This document shows positions 1 through 11,752 of a stretch of 64,000 nt of DNA, piece by piece. The DNA lies in contig PPNB01000004.1 in NCBI GenBank assembly GCA_003707115.1, forward strand, positions 62,001 through 126,000. Direction: 5' to 3'. Under the pieces are notes generated by a model. That model worked only from the letters and a program-made list of their open reading frames with translations, had not been told where the DNA came from and searched no databases. The DNA comes from Tortispora ganteri (Eukaryota). Both the position numbers and the translations under genes were made by a program. Position 1 is the stretch's first letter; every line of letters starts with the position of its first letter.

Positions 1-348
1 CTTAAATCTGATAATAGGAGTCGCTGAATCAATACTTCCATAATCATCAGGTATTATTATTTGAAAATGAAATATCCCGCCCTTGTATGGACCTGAATGC
101 ACAAATATGACTCCGTCTAGAAGGTACAGGTTATCAGGGTTAGCGATCACATATACACCGGATGGATTATGTGATCCCAGATTGGCTCTAGTTGTGCGTT
201 AATAATATGAAAAATAATTATTTAATCATTATAATAAAATGTTACTTACAGTTCCACTCTTATTTCCTGCTCTATCAGAGGCCAAAACATAACTATAGCA
301 GGAATAGGAGCGTTTCGATGTTTGTTGTTGACGAAGTTTATAAGTTTA

Positions 349-1011
349 TTATGATTGTGTATCAGGATCTGTCAGTTTCTTAATGACTTTAGCTGGGTTA
401 CCGGCGACTACCGAAAACGGTTCAACATCTTTTGTTACAACTGATCCAGCACCAACGGTGCATCCATTGCCAATTCTAACACCAGGAACTATTACAGTGT
501 TTCCTCCTATCCAACAGTCGTTGCCGATGAATACAGGTGCAGCGAACTCTATGCCCTTACGCCTCGATTCAATTTCAGTTTCGTGAGTGGCTGCATATAT
601 TGCCACGTTGGGACCGCATAGAACTCGATCACCAATAAATACTAGGCCGCAATCTAATATAGTCAAGTTGAAATTCGCATAGAAATCATCACCTATGGAG
701 ATGTTACAGCCATAGTCGACGTAAAATGGTGCTTCAACAAAAGCATTTGACCCAATATGTCCCAGCAGATCTTCGAGCATCTTTTGTCTAACCTGATTGA
801 GAGAATCAGCAGAAGAGTCATCAGGGAAGTAATTGCTGAACTTGTGGGCTTTCATGTGTGCCAGGTGTCGTAAGCTCAACAGTTCCTTGTCGAACGCGTT
901 GTAAGGCATACCAGATATCATCTTTTTGTATTCCAGTGAATCAGGGGTATTCCGTAATATTTTTGACATATCAATTAACTCATCATTTAATTTGTCTGCC
1001 ACACCAACCAT
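349..1011 (-). CDS. Maltose/galactoside O-acetyltransferase (Mac domain plus hexapeptide repeats)
   Basis: KMISGMPY N-terminus, PFYVDYGCNISIG..FYANFN, IGNDCWIGG, VGAGSVVTKDV..VVAGNPAKVIK hexapeptide motifs. Confidence 0.92.
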   Translation of the reverse strand: MVGVADKLNDELIDMSKILRNTPDSLEYKKMISGMPYNAFDKELLSLRHLAHMKAHKFSNYFPDDSSADSLNQVRQKMLEDLLGHIGSNAFVEAPFYVDYGCNISIGDDFYANFNLTILDCGLVFIGDRVLCGPNVAIYAATHETEIESRRKGIEFAAPVFIGNDCWIGGNTVIVPGVRIGNGCTVGAGSVVTKDVEPFSVVAGNPAKVIKKLTDPDTQS

Positions 1012-1121
1012 TTGGATATGTGCGTAATATTCTATTAAATCTCCAGTGTGATATCGATGGGAGATTAGAGATTAGAGAGAACTGTATGGTGTGGTGGGGG
1101 CGGGAGAGGGGGTTTAAATGA

Positions 1122-2462
1122 TCACTGGAACCCCTGGGATAGGTTGATGAGCTCGCATTCAAATGTGTGAAGGTTCATAAGCACAAATTGTCCTGTATCC
1201 GCAAATGAAGGTATAGAGATCAACCTAGTGGTTTGTCCAGACTCCCCTGTCACCATTTTGGTCTCAAAGTGGTCCTGATTACCCACAAAATAGACATGAG
1301 GTGATTTCGATAGTAAGAAAGGATCTGCGTTTGTCATTGGAACCGCCCATAGCGTGTCTGGAGCTGATGGAGCACAATGTCGTAATTTCAGTGTTAGCTC
1401 CATCATATCTAAGGTGCCGATATCCAGTGATTTTGGACGGTATTTCTTCATATCGTCTATATTTTGGCCGCTTGTCCCTAAACACACGACCGAATCAATA
1501 TCCCACCAGTTTGGGTTTCCGACCATAGTCAAAGATTTATCGAATAGTTGCCGAGATTTTGCAAACAAAGCTTTGTGCAGTGGTTGTTGCGGCCATGACG
1601 TTATAGAAGGGTCATGTGCTCCGGGCATGACATCAACCGGGATGGAAGTAGCAAGTTCCGCGAGGAAATTGTCGAATGTTTCCATGGGATATATTTCATT
1701 ATTTCCAATTGTTATATTCTTGATGCCATCATATTCTATGCCCCCACTTGGAGGCATGGATACAGAATTGCCGGCGAATATAACGCGAGCAACAGTGGCG
1801 GCCAATTCGGAGTCTATAATGCTCATTAGGAACTGTCTTAAAAGGTCCACGTTCAAAGAATCAGAGTCCTGTATAGACAACCCTGAGACAAGAGCAATAC
1901 AATCTCTTGGACGCGCATGCGATATATTGAGAGCAGGTTGAGGAGCTAGGCCAGCGTAACATACATCTGCTATTTCGAACTTTCCTTGAGAGACTTCCGA
2001 TCCAAGAACACCGATAACCATTCCTGTCACCCACAAATGACGTTTTATGGCTGGACCTGATAATTCTATTCGGCCACTATCGTCTTCCAAGACGATAGAT
2101 TCGAATTCATCCTCTACGTAAGAGGAGTTGTCCATTAATGGTTTACCGCGACGCCAGTTGTCTATATCAGCAAGGACGTTCGGTTTCTTTTTAGAGTTAC
2201 AATAAATTGTACCTATTATGTAGCATGGTACTGTTGGTTTAACCGTCAGTAGACGCTCAACAAACTTTACAGGCTGATCATCTATAACAGTTGAGGACCA
2301 TTTATTCGCGCATTGATCTTGTATCGTGTTTCGGAGCATGGCAAGTCGCATAAAATATATGTGCGCATACTGTTGCGTGTAAGTAACAGAAGAGACGGAA
2401 AATTTAAGCTTCTCATCTTCTTCTTTTATTGTGTCGCCTGCAGGTAGAATAACGCGGTCCAT
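1122..2462 (-). CDS. POL31: DNA polymerase delta small subunit
   Basis: QQYAHIYFMRL, LEDDSGRIEL, MPGAHDPS...PQQPLH, GTSGQNIDD, HCAPSAPDTL, PHVYFVGNQ motifs. Confidence 0.95.
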   Translation of the reverse strand: MDRVILPAGDTIKEEDEKLKFSVSSVTYTQQYAHIYFMRLAMLRNTIQDQCANKWSSTVIDDQPVKFVERLLTVKPTVPCYIIGTIYCNSKKKPNVLADIDNWRRGKPLMDNSSYVEDEFESIVLEDDSGRIELSGPAIKRHLWVTGMVIGVLGSEVSQGKFEIADVCYAGLAPQPALNISHARPRDCIALVSGLSIQDSDSLNVDLLRQFLMSIIDSELAATVARVIFAGNSVSMPPSGGIEYDGIKNITIGNNEIYPMETFDNFLAELATSIPVDVMPGAHDPSITSWPQQPLHKALFAKSRQLFDKSLTMVGNPNWWDIDSVVCLGTSGQNIDDMKKYRPKSLDIGTLDMMELTLKLRHCAPSAPDTLWAVPMTNADPFLLSKSPHVYFVGNQDHFETKMVTGESGQTTRLISIPSFADTGQFVLMNLHTFECELINLSQGFQ

Positions 2463-2583
2463 GATGTGTGTAAGGGTGTGCGTATTTCAAGTATTTCTCG
2501 CGTTTGGGTGAAGTTAATCTTATATTCTAGAGTGGCGGTAAGATTAGTGGGTGCACTAAATTTTGTTGAATTGAGTGTTTATT

Positions 2584-3483
2584 TTATGCTATAAACGGGA
2601 ACATGGCTTTTCTAGATTTGGGGTACGAAGAGCCAAAGTCTTTGCGATAGCGGTGGTGCTTCTTGACGGCCCATATGTACATCTGCACTGTAGAAATGGC
2701 AAAGAAGAACCATGCGATCACGCTTTTCGTAAGTAAAGCATACGCGGCCCAACCAAGAGACTCAAAAAAGTAATTTGGGCATGACACAAGATTAAATCCA
2801 TAACCTTTAGGTATTTTTCGCACGTTAGTACCTTTAGGTCGTAAGTTAGACAGGTTGACATGGTTAGCGAGATTGGACAGTTCGCAAAATAGCCAGAAAA
2901 CCGAGATAAGTTTAATTGTAGAGTCAGAATAAGGTGTATAAGAGGAATTAACAGGCGAATAGACAAAATAGGCGAGTAATAATCCCCCTATGACCCAATA
3001 ATGAAATGAGTTCTTGAACACGTTACGGAATGGCATTGTGGAGGCTGAAAATTTATGAACAAACATAGTCTCTAATTCTCTTTTCAAGTAATGAAGAATA
3101 GCCATTATAAAAGCAATCTTTTGCTCCTTAGTGTGTTCAAAGTCAGTTCCGTATATTTGTTTAGACAAGAAATATATCAATGGATGAATAACTAAAGGTC
3201 CAAAATATTCAATATAGAAAACAGTGCGCCATCCAATTTGAGGTCCTAAATCTTTAGCATAAAGTTTATGAGTATTTAAATTGCAATCGGCAAGCGTATT
3301 ATTTTCTGGTAAAGCTACACCAGAAGCTGAGTACAGTCTGATACGCGGTGAAGACAATCCGACGTGTTTAGCTACTTTATCTTGTATATCCTTGACGGGT
3401 TTGCTTAGGGCAGATTCCAAAGAATATGGTAGCTTACGTAGTGTAGGTTGCTTCAATTTTGCTTCAATTGTTAGCTGAACCAT
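2584..3483 (-). CDS. TSC13: Very-long-chain enoyl-CoA reductase
   Basis: KDLGPQIGWRTVFYIEYFGP, HYLKRELET.FVHKFS, VSCPNYFFE motifs; first ATG at 3483 (the ORF-track start is a non-ATG codon). Confidence 0.93.
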   Translation of the reverse strand: MVQLTIEAKLKQPTLRKLPYSLESALSKPVKDIQDKVAKHVGLSSPRIRLYSASGVALPENNTLADCNLNTHKLYAKDLGPQIGWRTVFYIEYFGPLVIHPLIYFLSKQIYGTDFEHTKEQKIAFIMAILHYLKRELETMFVHKFSASTMPFRNVFKNSFHYWVIGGLLLAYFVYSPVNSSYTPYSDSTIKLISVFWLFCELSNLANHVNLSNLRPKGTNVRKIPKGYGFNLVSCPNYFFESLGWAAYALLTKSVIAWFFFAISTVQMYIWAVKKHHRYRKDFGSSYPKSRKAMFPFIA

Positions 3484-4597
3484 TGATCGTAGATACCGCG
3501 ACGAAATCTGTTGATACTGGTAGTGGGGAAGTGAAGTGTATATAAACAATAAGGCTTTAGTTTTAAGGTATATGTAATATAAAAGTTCACTAGTTTAGTA
3601 TAGTACTAAAACCCCTACAGTTAAGTATATCTGATATCTGCAACAATTATAAGATATCTTGATACCTATAAATAAAACAGTCTGGTAAAATTGACAAGAA
3701 GGAAACAATAGTTAACTGTTAGTTGTTAGATATAACAGTGCAGCCCTGTGTTCGAATAAGACTTGTTGATTTTACATTTCGAATATATACAATAATAGGT
3801 AATTTATACCCCAAATTACTCATTGTACTATTAAATTTCATACTAATGTCAATTTATTGTTGGTGGTGATACTAAAAAGCAATGATATCGTCGAAATGGT
3901 CCGACTTCAGTAATGTATACCTTGATCGTATTAGTTGTATCGTCGCTATGCAATTGCATTACTCTACGAAATGATGTATAGGAATCCAAAGAGTAGTTTC
4001 CTGTGGAGTTTGCAGCTATATTTGGATATACCATTCAATTGCTTGCCAGATATAAGGTAGAATTAGTATCAATTAGTCATAGGATTATCGCATTTGACCG
4101 TAGTTCCATGCGATCCCACTAAATTAAATCCAGGAAGTATTCAATTCAATAGCTTGAATAAATAAGCCACATTGAACCTCCAATAAATACCAATAAGACA
4201 ATTACAACATCAATTAGGATTCGCTTAACGTTGAGTAAGCTATCACTTCATATATAGGCCAGTTCTCTAATTGATCGATAGATCTATGAGCTTTAAAGAA
4301 TCCTGCCAAGGACAACAAATTCATACAACTTCTTCCATTTAATCATAACAATCACTAAACAGGTCATAAATATTCCTAAAAGTAACTATAATAGCGAAAA
4401 TTAATTCATTTTCGAGTTATATACAACCGAATATGTGCCGTCCTCTATAGACAACTTACATTTCAACCTCCCCTGTAAATTACCCGGCCTAACATGAATT
4501 TCTACTTTTAGCTACTCAAACCATGCCTCCACCGAGAAAGCAGTCTACTATTTAACTGACCTTTAAATTGCTGCTCGAGCCATATTTGTAATCTGAA

Positions 4598-7500
4598 ATG
4601 ATGTGGCGTCAGTTTTGTCGAAAATTTGCCACAAACGCTGTAGTACGACCTGGTGATAAAATCTCTGGATTCGTAATAGACAACGTTCGTGATGTACCTA
4701 GCCTTGATCTTAATGTCACCCTACTCACTCATGAATCTACAGGGGCCAAACATATTCATGTTCAACGTGACGATATCAATAACGTATTTGCTATAGGATT
4801 TAAGACTCTACCTCCTGATGCAACTGGAGTACCTCATATACTTGAACATACCACTCTATGTGGCTCAAAAAAGTATGCGGTGCGAGATCCATTTTTCAAG
4901 ATGTTGAACCGCAGTCTGGCCAACTTTATGAATGCAATGACCGCTTCTGACTATACTTTTTATCCCTTTGCTACTACGAACAGCATTGATTTTTCTAATC
5001 TCATGGATGTCTATCTCGACGCCACGCTCCACCCGCTTCTCCGCGAGCTAGACTTTAAGCAGGAAGGTTGGCGTTTAGAACATATGGATAATACTGATAT
5101 AGACTCGCCGCTCATTCTTAAAGGAGTCGTGTATAATGAAATGAAAGGACAAATGTCTGATTCTTCTTATTTATTTTATATCAGATTCCAGGAATCTATC
5201 TTTCCCTCACTCAACAACTCTGGCGGCGATCCTCTTTACATTCCCAATTTGACCCATAAACAGCTGGTCGATTTTCATCATTCTCACTACCATCCCTCTA
5301 ACGCCAAGTCTTTCACTTATGGATCATTTCCGCTAATCAATCATCTGAAAACATTGGATTCTGCCTACTCTACTTTCTCTCCGCTTACTCCAAATACATC
5401 TGTGCGAAGTCCTATTCCTTTGAATTCATCTGTAGAAGTATTCAAACCTGGTCCATTTGACCCCATGATGGATCAAAATGCGCAAGAAAAACTCTCTATA
5501 TCTTGGTATGCTGGAGATCCAGCTGATCATTACTCCTCGTTCTGCTTAAGGATTGCCTGTTCATTGCTATTAGATGGTCATGCTGCCCCAATGTACCAGG
5601 CTCTGATAGACTCACAGCTAGCAGCCGACTTTTCCCCTAATACTGGCTTTGATTCCACAATGAGAACTAATATTCTGTCAATTGGTGTTGTCGGTGCTTC
5701 TGCTGAAAATGTTGATACTATAAAAAAAACCATATTCAATACCATGGCTGAAGTTATTGACCTTGGCTTCTCTCGATCCAGAATTGAAGGTGTATTGCAT
5801 CAACTTGACATTTCTCGTAAAGGAAGCAAACCTGACTTTGGAATGTCGTTGTTGTACTCCATAACTGGCCTCTGGTTCAATGATATCAATCCCATTGACG
5901 TCATTGATTGGTCAGCTCTTGTTGAGAGATTTAAGGTGGATTTGGACACCAACCCTAGACTTCTGCAAGACATACTGGCCAAATATTGTGCACCAACTGC
6001 ACCACACTTTTTCTTTAGAATGAATCCGTCTGAAAATTTTGAAGAAGAACAAGCGCATGCAGAAGCTGAACAACTTCGTAGCAAAACGCATAGCCTATCG
6101 GAGACGGAAAAGAAGGAAATTTATGATATGGGACTGAAGATTTTAGAACACCAATCTCAACCTGAAGACACTTCTGTCCTTCCAACTTTGAAGGTGTCTG
6201 ACATACCTCGCAAACCTGAAATAAGTTTTAAGCATGAAGAGGAAACAATAAGCGGCGTCAGTAACCAATGGAATATTGTTCCGGCCAATGGTCTAGTATA
6301 CGCTCGTGGTTTGGTGGATATAACCAATATCCCCACTAGTCTAATTCCTTACCTTGGTTTGTATACTGCAGCATTTACTTCTTTTGGTACCAGGGACCAA
6401 TCGATGGCTGATCTAGAAGATGAAATCAAATTAAAGACTGGCGGAATCAGCTTCTCTGCAAGGTCTATCAGCAGTCCATATGAAATTGGAACTGCCCAGC
6501 TAGCTCTAGGAATGTCTGCATATGCCCTGAAGGAGAAAACTGATGATATGTTTGGTTTGCTAGAGAGGGTCACGCAGAATACAAATTTCAGGAACTATGA
6601 TAAGTTATGGTCCCTGATAACCATGTCTGTTGCTGATGCATCAAATACAATTGCGGAACGGGGGCACACATATGCACGCGGGCTAGCGAACTCGAAGCTA
6701 ACGGCGGCAGGGGTTTTAAATGAGAAAATTTCAGGTGCTAGCCAGTTTGCTTTTTTGAAGAAAATCCTTGATCAGGGCAAAGACAAACTTGAGGATGTTT
6801 CGAGGAAACTCGAAGAGATTCATAAGTTTATAATGAAATCTAGCACTCCTTTCAAGACCTCTATTACATGTGAATCTAATGCTCGCGGAGATTTGGGAAA
6901 ATCTTTACAAACATTTATCTCAAACAGTGGGATTGGAACCAAAGGGTGCGCGTTTTCCGCGTATAGCGATATATCTGACCTTGGAGCGTATCCTGAAAGC
7001 ACTAAAATGCTTCTCAATATGCCATATCAGGTTTCTTACGGTGGTCTTGCACTTCTAGGAGCACCGTATACACATGAAGACGGTGCTGCTTTACAAATTC
7101 TGTCTAGCTTGTTAACACATAAGTATTTGCATCCCGAGATCAGAGAAAAAGGTGGTGCATATGGTGGTGGCGCCAGTTATGCTGGAGTTGGAGGAACTTT
7201 TTCTTTTTATTCTTACAGAGACCCGAACCCGGAGAATACTTATAAAGTTATGAGTCAAGGATGGAAAGTTGGATCGGACCGTGAGTGGTCAGATATTGAG
7301 ATTGAAGAAGCGAAATTGACGGTGTTTCAAGGAGTGGATGCGCCGAGGAGCATAAGCGATGAAGGAATGATCTACTTCATGGATGGAATTACTGATGAAA
7401 TGAGACAAAAGCGGCGAGAGCAGTTGCTTGATGTTACTAAATCAGATGTTCAAAGAGTTTCCGAGAAGTACCTTAAAGCGGCTGATTTGCAAGCGTCTTC

Positions 7501-7606
7501 ACCAACAGATGTGCGCTCATGTGTATTCATTGGGCCTGATTCGGACTGGGCAAAAGACTGGAATGTTATTGAACTTGAAGACCTAGCTACAGCTGCGAAG
7601 TACTGA
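4598..7606 (+). CDS. CYM1: Mitochondrial presequence protease (M16C metallopeptidase)
   Basis: TGVPHILEHTTLCGS inverted zinc motif, KGVVYNEMKG, IREKGGAYGG, SYRDP; basic N-terminal presequence. Confidence 0.95.
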   Translation: MMWRQFCRKFATNAVVRPGDKISGFVIDNVRDVPSLDLNVTLLTHESTGAKHIHVQRDDINNVFAIGFKTLPPDATGVPHILEHTTLCGSKKYAVRDPFFKMLNRSLANFMNAMTASDYTFYPFATTNSIDFSNLMDVYLDATLHPLLRELDFKQEGWRLEHMDNTDIDSPLILKGVVYNEMKGQMSDSSYLFYIRFQESIFPSLNNSGGDPLYIPNLTHKQLVDFHHSHYHPSNAKSFTYGSFPLINHLKTLDSAYSTFSPLTPNTSVRSPIPLNSSVEVFKPGPFDPMMDQNAQEKLSISWYAGDPADHYSSFCLRIACSLLLDGHAAPMYQALIDSQLAADFSPNTGFDSTMRTNILSIGVVGASAENVDTIKKTIFNTMAEVIDLGFSRSRIEGVLHQLDISRKGSKPDFGMSLLYSITGLWFNDINPIDVIDWSALVERFKVDLDTNPRLLQDILAKYCAPTAPHFFFRMNPSENFEEEQAHAEAEQLRSKTHSLSETEKKEIYDMGLKILEHQSQPEDTSVLPTLKVSDIPRKPEISFKHEEETISGVSNQWNIVPANGLVYARGLVDITNIPTSLIPYLGLYTAAFTSFGTRDQSMADLEDEIKLKTGGISFSARSISSPYEIGTAQLALGMSAYALKEKTDDMFGLLERVTQNTNFRNYDKLWSLITMSVADASNTIAERGHTYARGLANSKLTAAGVLNEKISGASQFAFLKKILDQGKDKLEDVSRKLEEIHKFIMKSSTPFKTSITCESNARGDLGKSLQTFISNSGIGTKGCAFSAYSDISDLGAYPESTKMLLNMPYQVSYGGLALLGAPYTHEDGAALQILSSLLTHKYLHPEIREKGGAYGGGASYAGVGGTFSFYSYRDPNPENTYKVMSQGWKVGSDREWSDIEIEEAKLTVFQGVDAPRSISDEGMIYFMDGITDEMRQKRREQLLDVTKSDVQRVSEKYLKAADLQASSPTDVRSCVFIGPDSDWAKDWNVIELEDLATAAKY

Positions 7607-8007
7607 TGCATATATTCTAATGAGACTTGCATTTCCATGTATATATGTTATTTAACTTAGCATTTATTAATGCATTAGATAACCTGTTTGATTAAAGTTC
7701 TAAACCTTAAACTTTCTTAAAACCCTGGACTTTTTACCAGTAAAGCGGCTTTTGTTTTCCTCCACCAACCACTTGCAAAAGGACCAGCATTCTACAATAA
7801 ATCCTGGGGGGGCTTTTTGTGGTCTTTTTGGCGTTTAAAAGTACGTACACAAAGAAAAGTTCTTTCCGCGGGTTAATACTGAGAGTCAGTTCAGTTAGAT
7901 CGAAGGAATAAGGTACATTCACTGTCCCCGTTCAGTTCCGGTTTAGCGGATTTCGGGTGCATTCTCCCTTTTGTTTGGTTTTTTTAAGTGCGCTACAGAT
8001 AAATTAA

Positions 8008-9363
8008 ATGTCAACTATAAATTCTACTACTACACAAATTGGAATCGGCTCTGCTGATGGGCTCAAAGAACGAGCACAGGCGTTGAAAGCGATGGAAGCT
8101 AAACATGCCGAGGAGACGCATACATCGCAAGAGGCGGTACTGGAAAGACTTGATGCGTTTCTTCATTCGCTAGAACAACATCTTGATCGGTTTGAGAAGT
8201 ATGGCCTACATAAATTATCGGATATTGACCGAGAAGTTGTTACTATGTATCAACAATTTTCAAGCGTGAGAGATTCCTGCCAGGTGCAGGCCGGTGAGAT
8301 GATATCAAGAAGCCGATCGAGACTCGACAAATTTATAGAAATAGGCGGCGATGCGACAAAGTACGCTAAAGATTCATTATCAAACTGCTCGCACGAGTAT
8401 CTCCATTCGATGGAAGAAAAGCTTGGTGAGTTCGAGAATCAGGTTTCCGATATTATTAAAAAAATAGACGCGCAGACTGAACAACTTAACGAAACGGTGA
8501 GATTAGCGCTTCAAAAGTACAAAACTGCTTTATTAACAATTGATGACTTGCCTCAAGACTGGAAAGAGAATCCTTATATTGTGAGAGGATACAGATTCTG
8601 CGACAATTCTCTGTCCTGCTTTGCTAGTATTATGCGTTTACATAACGAAACGTGCAATATATGGACACATTTACTGGGCTTTTTAGGTATATTTTCGATA
8701 GCGGTCTATTTCTATCCGAATTCGGAAATCTTTGCTCAGAGTACGGGCTATGATAAAGCCATAATTTATATGTACCTGATGTGCGCTATGTCTTGCCTTG
8801 GATTTTCTACTTTATGGCATATCTATTCAGGTATCGGGCACATTCATATTAAACGAAGAGCAGCTTGCTTGGACTATACGGGTATATCAATTCAAATATC
8901 TGGATCGATCTTAGCAACTCAATACTATGCATTTTATTGTCAGCCGGTCAACCAATTGTGTTATATGACATGCACTGCTGTTCTAGGAGTGATTGGTGCC
9001 TATATGACTTCTTCTCCTACTTTTGACCTCGCCGATAACCGGATTCTCAGAATTGCGTTTTTTGTTGGATTTGCGCTTCTGGGTTTAGTATCAGTGGTCC
9101 ACTTGAGTTATGAGAGAGGCCTCTCAGGAACGATGTCGTTTTTTTGGCCTGTAGTTAAGAGCAACTTATGGTACCTGTACGGTTTGGTTTTCTACGGGTT
9201 ACTTATTCCTGAAAGGTTTTTCCCAGGAACTGTTTTTGACTGGATTGGAATGTCGCATAATTTTTGGCATATTGCAGTTTTTGCAGGAGTATATTTCGGG
9301 TACGAGGCATTTCAGCAGCAGATGGCACAGGCTGAGGCATACAGCTGCATGATAGGATTATAA
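8008..9363 (+). CDS. IZH3: PAQR/HlyIII family membrane protein with long N-terminal extension
   Basis: ENPYIVRGYR, HNETCNIWTH, DYTGI, PERFFPG..DWIG.SHNFWH. Confidence 0.85.
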   Translation: MSTINSTTTQIGIGSADGLKERAQALKAMEAKHAEETHTSQEAVLERLDAFLHSLEQHLDRFEKYGLHKLSDIDREVVTMYQQFSSVRDSCQVQAGEMISRSRSRLDKFIEIGGDATKYAKDSLSNCSHEYLHSMEEKLGEFENQVSDIIKKIDAQTEQLNETVRLALQKYKTALLTIDDLPQDWKENPYIVRGYRFCDNSLSCFASIMRLHNETCNIWTHLLGFLGIFSIAVYFYPNSEIFAQSTGYDKAIIYMYLMCAMSCLGFSTLWHIYSGIGHIHIKRRAACLDYTGISIQISGSILATQYYAFYCQPVNQLCYMTCTAVLGVIGAYMTSSPTFDLADNRILRIAFFVGFALLGLVSVVHLSYERGLSGTMSFFWPVVKSNLWYLYGLVFYGLLIPERFFPGTVFDWIGMSHNFWHIAVFAGVYFGYEAFQQQMAQAEAYSCMIGL

Positions 9364-9668
9364 GTGCTGGTCATACACCATAGTATACCGAAACAAGAAA
9401 ACATATATATTTTACATTACGTTATATAAAGGAAACAAATAAGTATTATCACGGTCGAAATAACAAGGTTATTAGGTTAAGTAGAGTTAGCGGTCTTTTT
9501 CGCGAGCTCAACTAAAGTAGCGTGATCGGCATCAGCAGGGTAGCTTACACCATGCTAATAGAATTGTTAGGTTAAATATGGCAAAAAATAAGTATGAAAG
9601 GTTTGTACTTACAGTATTTAAATATGTCTTTAAGAGTTCATCGTCCCATTCATCTATTTGTTAGTGAT

Positions 9669-9881
9669 TTATGTAGGAATGTGATCAGGAAACTTACCAA
9701 ATTTCGGCTGAGCAGGTCTCTGGGCGGGAGGTTTAGTGTTTTTAGGGTCTTTCGGTTTATATCCATATTGATTCCAAAATGTAAGCACTCCTCCAATAAC
9801 TATTCCGCTTACTAGAACAATTGTACCCCATTTCACTGCTTTTGTCATTGCTGTATCTAGCGGCGTTCTCGTGTTCACCAT
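9669..9881 (-). CDS. Putative 70-aa single-pass membrane microprotein
   Basis: ATG-initiated; one clean hydrophobic stretch (WGTIVLVSGIVIGGVLTFW) followed by a Pro/Lys-rich tail; lies in an otherwise empty gap. Confidence 0.5.
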   Translation of the reverse strand: MVNTRTPLDTAMTKAVKWGTIVLVSGIVIGGVLTFWNQYGYKPKDPKNTKPPAQRPAQPKFGKFPDHIPT

Positions 9882-11144
9882 ACAATCCAGTTGCGAAGGT
9901 ATAAGGCGGGTATTACTGGTCTCCCTTTTTAATATAGAAACCTTATCTATATCTCTGGTTTGTAGATCTATTCATACAATTGTGACTTGACGACTCGTCT
10001 CATGGTTACAGATTTAATAAAATTCGCTGATTATAAAAAAAAAAGATTCAATTCAATGATGTGAAATCGCATTATTGATTAAGGGTATGACCTGCTGCGG
10101 TGCGTTTGTAAATCTTTCTTTGAGTAGTGACAACGATAGCTATAGATTAAACAAGTATATCTAAATACTAAATGCTCCTGGATTGATAAATATGAATACA
10201 TAACATGCTCAAATTCATATATCGTTTCACTTATAGCAACTTCATGAATTACCATCAGACTAAACAATCATAAAGCATAAATAGAGTCAGTTTCTGTCTA
10301 GAAATAACAGACCCCACCTAATAATATGAATTTCTTCACGTCTGCTTGTAAAGAACGTCATCATTCTGGTCAAATTGGTCAATGCATTTTTCCTTAATTG
10401 GCCTATATCGTATCGAAGATAGCTTAATAAGCAAATATTGAGTCTCATTTCGCTTCTATATACATGGAATAATGCATTGACCGATTCGTTTATCTCAACA
10501 GTAAAAGACAAAGATCGCTGGTACAATATTCTGCAGTTTCATTTTGAAGCATAATGTCCCTTATGCAAGAACATTTGATTTCTTAGTGATTTTATTTCAC
10601 AATAGGTCACCTGCAATTAGCAGTCATGTACAACCGCGATGATCTCCACACTGATCTTATTTTGACTGTCTTCAAATATTTACTCTTTCATATGCAGAAC
10701 CAATCTGGGACTACAGTATCAGAGCATACCGAAGATATAAATTAATATTTATCAAGATTAAGTTGATACAAGGACTGATTATATAACCACCAATAGTAAC
10801 AGTTCAGTTGCAACCGTTACTGAAGCTTCAAGCTATATAGCGACAACCGATCAGAATTGCAACATTGTGATCGCTGATTGAGCTAAATCAATATTAGACC
10901 TTTGAAGTCAGAATAGCTTTGATATCAATACACATATATCAGTAAAACAGTTTAATTGACAAAGCATTTAAGCATTTTTTCTATCCTCGAAATCTTTAGT
11001 TATCGCCATTTTAGGTATATAAGCCTATGGTAATGGGCAATTAGGTTTGTCGGCTACAGGCGTGACTGTTCTAGCACAGGGACGCTTGCTAACCCTAAAT
11101 CACCAATCCACCTCCCCCAGATCTCCGCACGAGTAGAAAGACCA

Positions 11145-11606
11145 ATGGAAGAAAAATTAGCCAAATTACAAGCTGGTAGCCGAATTGGCGGTAAGGGTAC
11201 TCCCCGCCGCAAGGTAAAGAAAGCGCCAAAGACATCTTCGGCAGCTGAACAGAAGGTCCTGGCCACCCTCAAGAAGTTCAATATGCAACCTAGCCAGGAT
11301 ATCGAAGAAGTTAACATGTTCCGTGATGACGGCAAAGTAATCAATATTACTCGCCCTCGAGTCCAAGTCTCTATTCCTTCTCAAACTACGGCTATTTACG
11401 GTAATGCTAAGACTAAGAGCATTGCTGAAATGTTCCCCGACGCCCTAACACAAGTCGGTACGAGTGACCGCGAGTTACTTCAGGTGGTCATTAAGGAGCT
11501 CGAAAAAGTTGCCCCTAAAACCGACAAAGGAAAGGATTCCGCCGAAGGTGATGAGGAAATTCCTGATCTGGTCGAAGGCGAAACTTTCGAGAACGATGTC
11601 GAGTAG
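11145..11606 (+). CDS. EGD1: Nascent polypeptide-associated complex beta subunit
   Basis: RIGGKGTPRRKVKK, IEEVNMF..DG.VI, EIPDLVEGETFE. Confidence 0.93.
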   Translation: MEEKLAKLQAGSRIGGKGTPRRKVKKAPKTSSAAEQKVLATLKKFNMQPSQDIEEVNMFRDDGKVINITRPRVQVSIPSQTTAIYGNAKTKSIAEMFPDALTQVGTSDRELLQVVIKELEKVAPKTDKGKDSAEGDEEIPDLVEGETFENDVE

Positions 11607-11752
11607 TCTCTGCGCGTACCTATTAGGTCATCGTTCGACCAGACTAGTCTTATGGTATCTTTATGTCATACTCAAAGAACACTAAAAGTTTATAATAAAA
11701 ATGTAATAATTTACCGTAGCTTGTTTATTGTCACTGAATATGTCTCATATAA

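Noticed and set aside
1354..1941. Longer antisense ORFs (this one, also 35441-35974, 39815-40276 and 44754-45236)
   Set aside because: They are shadows on the opposite strand of well-supported genes, with no recognisable motifs
10079..10526. Short minus-strand ORFs between IZH3 and EGD1
   Set aside because: Non-ATG starts, no family motifs; cannot support a gene or pseudogene call
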